64,000 bases of DNA, from NCBI GenBank assembly GCA_965235115.1, contig OZ249436.1, positions 44,146,001 to 44,210,000 of the forward strand. Reading direction: 5' to 3'. The DNA is from Laetmonice hystrix (lineage: Eukaryota). The translations under genes and the position numbers were made by a program. Positions 15,001-27,000 of the stretch are shown here, in pieces (position 1 is the stretch's first letter; each line of letters opens with the position of its first letter). The notes below the pieces were generated by a model. That model was not told the origin of the DNA and made no database searches. It worked only from the letters and a program-made list of their open reading frames with translations.

Positions 15001-18000
15001 TCTACGTGAAACTCAAACTAAGTCTTATATATGAACCCTCTAGAATTTATTTTTAGGCCGCAGTCCAAACGTACTAACATGTAATCCCATAATTATTGAA
15101 TGTCTTAAGTACCTGTCCACGAAACCTTGCCCCGCTGTGTATTTGCCAAGGTTTCGAAGTACATCCGACCATCTCTGACTGTCAGTCAACCAGCTGAGGT
15201 CCATTGTGACCGCCGGACCCAAGCGAGCCATGAGAGCCGAGGTTTTCAAGGCGTTCGATATGAGTGCTGACATGTTTAACGACAGTCCCGACACGTCACC
15301 TGTCAGCTGCAACGTCAAACGAAAACTTCACTTTTCTTATGGTGCCGCTTTGAAACTGTTTCTTTGTTTCTTTTCTAATTCCAATAATTAAGTAAGTACA
15401 CCATTCGGATTCGACCTGTATAACACTATAGTTAGCTAGCTAGCTAGCTAGTAAGTTAGTTAAATAGTTGGTGGAAGTCTATTGAAACGTTTCCATGGAC
15501 TTTGCACATATTTTACACAGTTTTGCTTTGTTAGGGTTTTTAAAAAAGTCACAAATGTTCAAGAAATTCATATCTGAGTTATCTGATCTTACATCTGCCG
15601 TCAGCCTAACACAGTCTGCCGTCAGCCTAACACAGTCTGCCGTCAGCCAAACACAGTCTGCCGTCAGCCTAACACAGTCTGCCGTCAGCCTAACACAGTC
15701 TGCCGTCAGCCTAACACAGCCTGCCGTCAGCCAAACACAGTCTGCCGTCAGCCTAACACAGTCTGCCGTCAGCCTAACACAGTCTGCCGTCAGCCTAACA
15801 CAGTCTGCCGTCAGCCTAACACAGCCTGCCGTCAGCCTAACACAGCCTGCCGTCAGCCAAACACAGTCTGCCGTCAGCCTAACACAGTCTGCCGTCAGCC
15901 TAACACAGTCTGCCGTCAGCCTAACACAGTCTGCCGTCAGCCTAACACAGTCTGCCGTCAGCCTAACACAGTCTGCCGTCAGCCTAACACAGTCTGCCGT
16001 CAGCCTAACACAGTCTGCCGTCAGCCTAACACAGTCTGCCGTCAGCCTAACACAGTCTGCCGTCAGCCTAACACAGTCTGCCGTCAGCCTAACACAGTCT
16101 GCCGTCAGCCTAACACAGTCTGCCGTCAGCCTAACACAGTCTGCCGTCAGCCTAACACAGTCTGCCGTCAGCCTAACACAGTCTGCCGTCAGCCTAACAC
16201 AGTCTGCCGTCAGCCTATCACAGTCTGCCGTCAGCCTAACACAGTCTGCCGTCAGCCTAACCTTACACAGGGACGACAATTTCGAAAGTTAACTGGTGTT
16301 CAGATGAATGGACAGAATTCGCCATTTCAGGAAATACTCACAATCAAGAGAAGTTCTTTTCGGGAAACTATGGAGGAGAGTTCCTCTTCCAAGACCGAGT
16401 AGTTCAAACTACACAACTTTGACAAGGTCCTGCGGATGATATCCACGTCATTCTCGGAGACAGCGAGAAGGACGGCGGGGTCTGACGTACACAGCAGCGT
16501 CACGTTGCCATTGGCAACGGCTAATGCCGTTTCCGGTTTTAGGAGCACGCTCTTGATGAGGACTTCCAAGATGATTGTGACATCGTGAGCGACTTCTAGG
16601 AGCTGCTTCAACGACTTGGTGTTCCTGACGTGACTGTTGTTTGTCAAGCTTCCATCTGCAACGATATCCAAATCATGATAGGTTACCAAGGAGGGAAATA
16701 TCGTGAACTCTTTTTGGTTTCTGCTTGCTTTAGGAAATTGGATTACTACCTTATGACACAGCATAGCCTAGCTTTCAACGTTAGAGATAGACCCAAGGAT
16801 CAAGCGTTGTATGCGACTAACCATCTTATTTTTAAACTGAAAGGAATGTACATGTATTGTAGCCTAGACTCACCGATTAAAAGTGGCAGTTTTTTTGTTG
16901 AGGTATTCATTACTCACCAATTAAAAGTGGCAGTCTTTTGTTGAGGTATTCATACATCAGATTACTCACCGATTAAAAGTGGCAGTTTTTTGTTGAGGTA
17001 TTCATACATCAATTACTCACCGATTAAAAGTGGCAGTTTTTTGTTGAGGTATTCATTACTCACCAATTAAAAGTGGCAGTTTTTTGTTGAGGTGTTCATA
17101 CATCAGATTACTCACCGATTAAAAGTGGCCGTTTTTTGTTGAGGTATTCCTTACTCACCGATTAAAAGTGGCAGTTTTTTGTTGAGGTATTCATACACCA
17201 ATTACTCACCGATTAAAAGTGGCAGTTTTTTGTTGAGGTATTCATACATCAGATTACTCACCAATTAAAGTGGCAGTTTTTTTGTTGAGGTATTCATTAC
17301 TCACCGATTAAAAGTGGCAGTTTTTTGTTGAGGTATTCATACATCAGATTACTCACCAATTAAAAGTGGCAGGTTTTTTGTTGAGGTATTCATACATTAA
17401 AAGTGGCAGTTTTTTGTTGAGGTATTCATTCATCAGATTACTCACCAATTAAAAGTGGCAGGTTTTTTGTTGAGGTATTCATACATTAAAAGTGGCAGTT
17501 TTTTGTTGAGGTATTCATTCATCAGATTACTCACCAATTAAAAGTGGCAGTTTTTTGTTGAGGTATTCATACATCAGATTACTTATCAATTAAAAGGGCA
17601 GTTTTTTGTTGAAGTATTCATTACTCACCAATTAAAAGTGGCAGTTTTTTGTTGAGGTATTCATTACTCACCAATTAAAAGTGGCAGTTTTTTGTTGAGG
17701 TATTCATACATTAAAAGTGGCAGTTTTTTGTTGAGGTATTCATACATCAGATTACTCACCGATTAAAAGTGGCAGTTTTTTGTTGAGGTATTCATACATC
17801 AGATTGGCACGGATCAGAAGTGGATGGAGACCAAGCTGTTCCGTGATACCCCCAGGAATCCCATCCAAGGCCGGGGTGATACTCAGTAAACGGCTCATCC
17901 AACTGGAAAGGTTCCCCAATAGTGGTGTTATGTGTGAATTGTTGTTCCATGAATCAGTACCGTTAATAATGTCATTGTCAATGTCTGATGGGGAATTTGT

Positions 18001-21000
18001 TTTCACATGAATTTATATTTTGATTTTAACCTAAATTCATGCTGGATCATTGCTGTTTTAACTGAGTCAATAAGGATCGAAGAGCGATTTTTTAAAACTC
18101 ACCTCTCCAGATCCGAAGTGGCGGCCATATTCTGAGTTAGCCTCTCGACCAGTCGTTGCCATGACTTGCCTTCGATCCATGAGAGGTCAATGTTAAAGTT
18201 AGTTGGGTCACGTGATATAAGAGACATGAGGTCAGCGAGTCGGACCGAGTTGTGGGTTAGTGTCGTTAGATTGATAGCTGGAACTGTACTCGACGACATC
18301 TGAAAATGTTAAACATGATAATGTGCAGAAAGTATTGAAAAATACTTCTATCTTCGATATGGCAGTGCGGTTGCCGACCAACGTATCACAGATCAAATAT
18401 ACTTCGTATACACCTAAACTAGGTAAAAATTCCATCGATTTTCTGCGGGAAGTGTGGAAAAAAACAAAAAACCGGGAAAGACGACCTTTTTCAATTCAAT
18501 GGAAAATACGGAATCCATCTGGCGGTATAGATTTCCCATTGGTACATGAGTTGGCTTACAGTAACATTTGTCACGGGTTCAGGTCTAGGGGTAGGTACAC
18601 AGAAGATACGAAACTATTTCTATGCACCTTTTCATGACAACATTACATTTAGGTTACATTCAGTAAGATCCGACAATACCAAGTATAAAGAATCCCCTAA
18701 CGTCAGCTATAGTGGCGCCACTGTCTGAAGTTCTACCTTGTGGCCCTCGCGAGACGCGAGAGCATGTGAGATGCGGTTCGGCGCGTTCGGGTCAATTGAG
18801 CGTTAATTTGGTTTCGTGAGGGTCAGACGTGGATGACCACTGCTCTGTACACTCAACGAGTGGCTGGCATAGCACTCGTCTCTCAAACACATGCTACCCT
18901 ATGGCGGTAGACGTTGTGTGCAACGGTATAGGCATCCCGTTGCGAGGGAAAATGTCCTAGTTAGAGAACTGGACATGAGTGAAACGGGTGGCTGGCATAG
19001 CACTCGTCTCTCATACACATGCTACCCTTTTGTCTGAAGTTTATACTCACAATCCTTTCAATCTCCCTGACTGAGATGACGTCGCCCAGTTCGCTCTCCA
19101 CCGTTGTAAAGTTAATACGGCAGAGGTCGGAATGAACACGACCGAACGTCATGGAGAGGTTGACAGGGACGGGGAACAGGTCATGGCTCGCGTCACTACA
19201 AAACACGGCCAGGTTTCCGTTCAGGATCTCCTTCACCTGGAACGGAACGTGACGTCATGAATAATGGACAGAACAATAACAGGAACGGAACGTGACGTCA
19301 TGAATAATGGACAGAACAATAACAGTATCTCCTTCGCCTGGAACGGAACGTGACGTCATAAATAATGGACAGAACAATAAAGGAACGGAACGTGACGTCA
19401 TGAATAATGGACAGAACAATAACAAGATCTCCTTCACTTAGAACGGAACGTGACGTCATGAATAATAGACAGAAACTATTTTACAGGGGTGGTGGAGGCA
19501 GTTTTAAAATGGGAAACGGGACATGACAGTCGTTGTGAGCTATAGAATTGCAATCTCAAGTCTAATTTAATTTCTAAGTGTAAATAATACGGACATTTTG
19601 ACGTTCCGAATATTAAGGACATCGCTATGACCCCGAAATGTTTGCAGAGAGATTGGAATGGCTCAGTGAGCACCAAGTGAACGTACCGCGGCAGGTTTGT
19701 AGATAAGGGCTGTGAGCAGAACCTCAAACACAGCAGGCATTCTCGGCAGGACAGCGGCCAGTTTCTGACTCTCGGGTTTCTCCTGTAGTAGGGTCTCTAA
19801 CGTTACGTTATTGACTGTAAGGAAACGAAGGGGTTCATTAGATACAGGGGAACAGTTCTCATAAACATAACCTCTGGTGCCATAACCAATCTGAGGTCAA
19901 TGGGCATTGGTGGATGAAGAGAGATAGAGATAGCTTCTGGTGCCATAACCAATCTGAGGTCAATGCACATTGATGGATGGAGAGAGCTATCCAACTGATC
20001 CATTAGGATCCTGTTGATTTTTCACAACGAGCTCAAAAGAATGTCATTGGAACGACTCTCATCAATCATTAAAGGTGCTATTCGTGAAAAAAAGTTCAAT
20101 TTTTTTATTTTTTATTTTGTTGACGTTTATGTGATCCCACCTATCATGGAAATAGATTCACAACAAAGGAAATCAAAATTTTTCATGGATAACGGCACAA
20201 ATGGGGCTCTCCCAGAAGGCCTGTGGAGACCCTGACACGCCCCACCATAGGAAATGGCTCTATCTCGGTGCGCACCGAGATAGGTTTCAAATGCTGCACA
20301 CAAACTAATAAAAGGTTTATCAGGCCAATGGTATCGGTAGGAATTTTTTCTAGTACTATGTGCACAATGTATGATAGGAGAAATGCCATTCTGAGCGAGA
20401 CGAATAGCACCTTTAAATGGAAGCAAAAACTGAAATGGGGAGGAAAATTCTGCTGGATCTTTAGACTTACCGACAAGTGGCTCCAGACGGTTGACCAGAT
20501 ACTGAACGACAGCATTGCTTTTAGATAGAAGAGGATCCAATCCCAGGAAAGACGTCATGTTTTGAAGCACTCGGTCGAACACTGGAGCCAGAACCTGCAG
20601 CTGTGTAGGAACCCTAGCAAACGATACAGGCAGTATAGAAACTATATAGTTTAAATCACATTATTTTTATTATTACCTATACTTTTATTACATATTTGTA
20701 ATAATTTTCAATATCATAGATTAGTCCGTTAGGGCCATCGTACCCGTTGGCTGGGTCCCAGTGTTGCTGGGTGGCGAGCCACTTGTGAAGGATGCTGGCC
20801 CACACTCGCTCGTCGATCCACTCGATGTCAGCGTACATGCGCAGTGGTTGTGCCGTCAGGTCACTGAGCATGCGCGATAGGGTCACTGAGCGGTACACGA
20901 GGGAGGAGATGTTTGCAGTCCCCGACTTCTCGGATGTTACCTGATGTAAGGTTCAAACACATACACTTGGTACTATAGGCCAAGCTACACGGACCAGATT

Positions 21001-24000
21001 GAATACTATTTTTAAATAGTACTTACTGTTTCCCTGAGGATTGCTATGTCTCCATATAATAGACAAAACGTACCTTTATCATAAAATACTAATAAATTCG
21101 GGAACATATGCATGAATTTGAGTGGAGAACTAACTAATAATGAATCAATTAGGCCTACTAACATACATTTTTTAAATGTCATCACGAGTATGTCTACTTC
21201 CACCTGGAGCACAACTTACGATTGTGTACAACTTCTGATAAGCAGTCAACTCGGCCAGTTCCACGCTGACAGCAGTAAAGTTGATGGCACACAGTTCCCG
21301 ATGTACAGGTCCGAAGGCAGCAGTCAGGTTAGCCGGCAGGGTAAACAGGAGCTCTGCGTGTCCAGCGCACAGCTCGGCTACATCTCCAGATACGACCTTT
21401 GCTACCTGTGGTTAAATAATATCATAGGTTCAGAACAAAGTTTTCAATCTCTGTGTTTAGTAAAAAGTCGCCAAGGAAGTACAGGGGCGTACACATTAAG
21501 ATGCAGTTTTCTCTTTTTAATTTACTGGTAAGTGTTCCTCAGACAATCATGTCCTAAATGGTCCTCACCAGATATCACACACTCACTGTCATCGCTGGCG
21601 AAAACGCGTATGACAAAAGTATGATTTTTTTAAAAAAATCACGATAAGTATTTTGTCCCGAAGCACAACCTAATGGTAAATGGTATTCCTGAACAGTGCC
21701 GGATTCGGGGAGGGGGGGTGTTAAAGGGGCAACCATTCTTCCCCTACCCCCCCCCCCTCCGTTACCTTGGAGAAGACTGTGTTGATGACGGAAGGAGAAG
21801 TTTTGCTCACCCAGTCTGGCATGAAGATGGCGTCATGCAGCAGTACCTCCAGCAGAACGTGGAGGTCAGGAAGCAGACGGATCAGCCGGGAGCTTTCCTG
21901 TTTGTGGTGGACCACGTCCTCCAGTGTGAGGTTCCGGCCTGGAGGGGGCAAAACATGACAGCGGCACGTCACTTCATGATATCACACTTTGGCGGCAATT
22001 GTAGATTAGTTTGGCAACGCAAACAACATATTGCCCCCCCCCAGGCACCAGGGCCCCGCTTTTTAAAACTTAAGATCTTGCTCAAGCTCAAACTGAAGTT
22101 TAAAGCTTCTGATTGGCTGATTGCAGCAGACCAACCAATCAGAAGCGTTAAACTAAATGTTAAGGAAGGTCTTAAGTTCTCCAAACACAGGCACCAAACC
22201 AAACCAGCGAAAGCATAACAGTTTCGGAGGAAACTGATTGTTAATAAATACGCGATACTTACCTCATAACATATGAGAGACTTACAGTTTCTCGATTCCC
22301 AATGGTCAAAAAATTTAATAAAAGTGTTCTAAGTGAAACAAGAATGAGTTCCACCAGAACTCCTGTCTATCTAACATATTCGGTGTATGGCTCCCTCTAG
22401 CGGAGATCCGCTGGATCGTGCGCCCCCTAGTGTCCATGTGACCTAGTAGTCAGATTTAAATGACCACTAAGCGGGGAGGCGGGAAGGGCCTTTAATGTTA
22501 TGAGGTAAGTATCGCGTATTTATTAACAATCAGTTTCCTCCGAAACTGTTATGGTTAATTACATACGCTTCTACTTACCTCATAACATATGAGAGCGAGT
22601 GCTAAGCATAGGAGGTGGGAAGACAGAAATGTTCACTCCACAGCCATACCCATTGAGGCGTATGCCCATGCACTTGTTTTCACCTGGGAACGTTTATAGC
22701 GTTAAATCCTGAAAACTGCTATACGTGTGTAGGGAAGGTAATACCTGCTCCTTGTGAGGGAAACCAAGGGCCGGAAGACTGAACAGATAACATCTGCCCC
22801 CCCCCCCCCCTTCTTTTTGTCCCACGCTCTCCATCATGCAGTGACGTGGACAAACAACGGCCTGGACCACTATGAGGTGGCCCAGACTAAAAGGGCGTCC
22901 TCCTGACCACCAAGTTCACGCAATAGAACTGTAAAGGTGGTGTCTGATAGCCAAAAGGCAGCCTCGAGGAATTCGGCGAAGGTTACTCCATTAATAGGAG
23001 CCAAGGACGCAGAAATCGCCCGCACCTCAAGAACCTTAATACGATGAAACTGTAAAGACTTGGACAAGGCCGCGTCTGCCCGAGTCAAGGCTATAAGCTA
23101 AAGCCTTCCACCTTCCACAATTGTAGCCGGCGTGATGTCGAGAGGTACGCACTCACCAAAAGACACGACACCCCCTCTAACAGGCAGCTCTATAGGCGCT
23201 CCTCATCATCCGGCCTGAGCTCGGAGCTCAGAGCCAGGGTCGGGTTGTTAGCCACAGAGTGTGGTAACAAAGGTCACAATGGAGGAACAGGGGCCAAAAC
23301 GCGCTCCCCCGAAGGCAGTAAATTCCGACCACCTCAGCCCTGAGGTTAATGCTACAGGAACATGGTCTTTCAAGTACAACTTGGTGTACAGAAGACATAA
23401 GATAAATAAGGGGGGACGCAACAATGCGTTCAGTACCACCGACCAACTCCAGTAAGGGGCCTTCCTCGGCTTTACGGGCTCAAGAAATATCAAATTGCGT
23501 AATAGCGCACTGAGTTCCCGTCAAGAGCTAAAGGAACCTCCGCCTGGTGCTGATGCATTTGCTGCAATCACTGATCTGATTCCTCGCACGGCGGAGACCT
23601 ACAACCCCCGAAGAAACCTGTCAAGCAGACAATCGGCTACTGACAGGGGGCGGTGAGATCAAAGTCATATGTTCCCCTGCCCATTCAATAAGGAAGGCCC
23701 GCTGTCTCGATACGCAGCTTGCGAGGAGGGCCTATGTTTCTCGGCAATGCTCTGGGCCGCTTGTCCCGAGAATCCACGCTTCTCACCTCTGTTCCTGACA
23801 AGCAGAGGGGTGTAAATCGAAAATCTTCGGAGCTGAATGCCACTTCCCTCTCTAAAACAACAGATCGGGGTCATAAGGCAGGGATCGAGCCCAATCCCGC
23901 AACAATTCTGATATCTCTGTGAAACAAGGCCAACCCGGCCCATATTATGACTGGCCCAGACAGGCGCGTTTCGCGGCGCGTTCGAGACGCGTCGGCCATT

Positions 24001-27000
24001 TTCATGCACGCCTCTTGACGCACGCACGCACGCACGCACGCCCCTGTGTGTCCCCGGCTTTAAACTTGCCCTGCACATGATATTACGCACAACGTCACTC
24101 GGTGCTGGCGACACCACCAGAGGATGTCCCCGGTTATCCGGAATAGTAGCAGTGACCGAGTGTCCCTTTGATTTAACAGATAGGTCACTGTCATCCCAAC
24201 TAACACACAACCTTTTCACAACGTTGAATAAAGTTGTAGTTTGGTCACTTCACAACGTTGTGTCTAACGAAACTACAACGTTGTGGCAACATAGAAGACC
24301 AAACAAATTTACGTAGCGTTATGGGAACGTTAATTGTAGCAACGTAATATTGCTAGCGGGGATCGTACTGTCGGGGTGGATCAGGACTACTGATCGCGTC
24401 GGGAGCCAGGCGAAGAGATGAAGAGCCTAGGAAATTTGCCTTTAATTCTAGACCATATATGTGTCCGTGCCACACCCCGCTCCAACTATTTAGGAAATAG
24501 CTCACAAACCTCCCTGAGATATCTGTGGAGAAGGGAAACATCCGGGGTTAGATATTCCAAAGTACACCCCTCTGAAAAGTCTGTGGATCGATCCACCACT
24601 GGAGGAACTGCGCCAGAGACCGAGGAGGGAGAACCTTGCACCCGCCGAGGAAATCCCTGCTCGAGCGCCACGCACTCAACAACGCAAACTGCATCAGTCA
24701 CCCATGCAGTTTGCCAAGCGGTCCTGAGTTCAAAAAAGAAACTCCGATAAACTGCAGACATAGCTTGTCGGTGCAACTTCCAGGCCTATACACTTCACCA
24801 GGTATATCCTCCATCCCAGGGGAGGTAAAACTGAGAGCAACTGGGTGGCTTGAACGGGCCACACCATGTAAGGATGAAGCTCCATCCCTTCCGACCTGTC
24901 CAGCTTCCCAACTGTGTTGCCAGCTAGGTAAACTCGGACCGAACGGCAGAACTACCAACTGGAAACATGGACTGTCGTTGGAACACTGAGAAACTTCTAG
25001 TGCAAGAAAGTGTCCTCGATGTCTATCGTGTCTATCGTATCTACCTATAGACACTGAGACACCCCACGTTTCTTGATAACCCCTACGGGTTGAAGGAAAA
25101 TAATTCCCGGGGCGGACTCACTACCGACCCCAAAGTGACGACTGCACCTTTCTCTCGAAGTTTCCTGATCTCTCCTATTCTTTAGCTAGAACTTAGGGAA
25201 ACAAAAAGGGAGGGCCCTGCGAGAGTGAGCCGATGAACGGGCCATACCTGGCGGGCTCGACAAACTCCAGACGCAATCACTCCCTGAGAACAGACAGGGT
25301 CCAAGGAATCTGGTAATTGATGAAGCAAGCTCACCGGTTGTGTGTGCTTCGTTGTAAGCGAACGCTTAATTCCGAACCAAAATGTCCAGATCCAACTCAG
25401 GCTTATATCGCTAGACGGCTATGCAAAACTGAACCCCGGCGAAACAGGATAGAGTAGATAGGAATTAAAAACCAAACTCTATGCCGAGTGACGTATAAGG
25501 CCAGGGCCGCCCTAGTCCTATCGCCGAAAGATATAGCCTCCGGCGACTATAACCAAGGTCGGCCTAGATGGCCGCCGCCGTGACTAGGCGAACACGGTTT
25601 GCCTGAGCAAAGAAAGGGCACTTTGGAACTGAAAAGGTCGAAGGCTCCTTCAGTCCAAGAGAAAGGTCCCTTGGGTCCAACCTAGAACCCCCTACCAGGA
25701 AGGTCCGAATGCAGAGTACATTCCGCCATAAAAAACGGATTAACGGGGGTTGATCTCCCCTAACGTCCGACCGAAGTAGGGTACAAGGGGAAGGGATCCG
25801 TGAAAAGATCCATAGTTGGACAAACTGAGCGTAGATCCTCTACACCCCCCGAAACTCTGCCCGTAACCGTCTAGATATTGGCAACCAATCCATGCCAAAT
25901 CGCCACAAATAACAGACCATATAGGACTCTACTTAATCCGATGTGATTAACTCAAAAAGAATTTTGAGTCACCATGTTTTTCTTTGTCTCTCAATTTAAA
26001 AACTGTATCAACATGCAGTTTTCCAGATAGTCTGATCTTTACCACCGTTTCCATAGACTACTCACAGCCATAGATGGCGCTACAAGGACTCTACCTCGTG
26101 CCATCATGGTCCCCAAGCCAGTTTAAATAACTTCATATGTGTCAGGCGGGGGACAAAGAGAACAGGAAATTTAGGATTTTCCAAAAAAGCCGATTTAAAG
26201 ATTTTCAAGGCTTACTTGAATTCAAGGTGCTGCGAAGACCCTGCAAGCATACAAGAGAGAGGCCGCCTCTAGCCTACTGACTCCCCCGATCCGCGAGGGA
26301 GGCGCGATTACGCTGCCTGGCCGACAGAGCACTCCTCGATCGGTCGCGTAAGCCTAGGCCATAGGTCTATACTGATTGACATCTCTCATGGTCCCAAGAT
26401 CTAGACCAGACCATGGTGACGACGCTGTCCTATGAAAACCCCAAAGTCTAGTGCGACGGCCAACTTGACCCGGGCAACGATCCTGAGATCGACGACCCGC
26501 GTGAAAGAGACGTTCCTAGGTACAGACGATCGCGAACGCTCCCGATCTCGGTCTGGATGCCGCCTCGGGGATTAAATAAATAAATATCACCTGCACGATA
26601 TCGTCTCAATGGTCTAGATGCGAGAGATATCTTCCTGGCATGTAGATCTCTAGCCAAGGCATCGATCTCGAACTCGATCTTGATCTAGTCATTACGGGGA
26701 GATCGATCAACAAACAAAATCGTCTATGCGATCTTGTCTCTTAATGCACTTAGTGCGAGAGAACTCTTTCCTCGCATGTATCCTAGGCCTAGATCTCTAG
26801 CTCCAGGCACCGATCCTGATCCTTATCCCGATCCTGATCTGGATTCCGATCCTAACTGGATCCCGATCTCATCGATCTCGAGCTCGACGGACCTGCCAAA
26901 TCTTGTGCCTATCAAGCGGGGAAATCTTCCACTTGATGCCATCTCCAGGGGGGATAAACTGTATCCCTAATTCATGACGGGTGCAAATAACCCCAAAATT

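Noticed and set aside
15479..16292. VRLTADC / SLTQSAV heptad ORFs as a coiled-coil protein
   Set aside because: 21-bp minisatellite inside the 15307-16341 intron; flanking exons join in phase without it.
24700..26000. Intact reverse transcriptase/RNase H in the DIRS element
   Set aside because: Expected at this position, but no long ORF or clear YxDD motif could be read, so it is not annotated.
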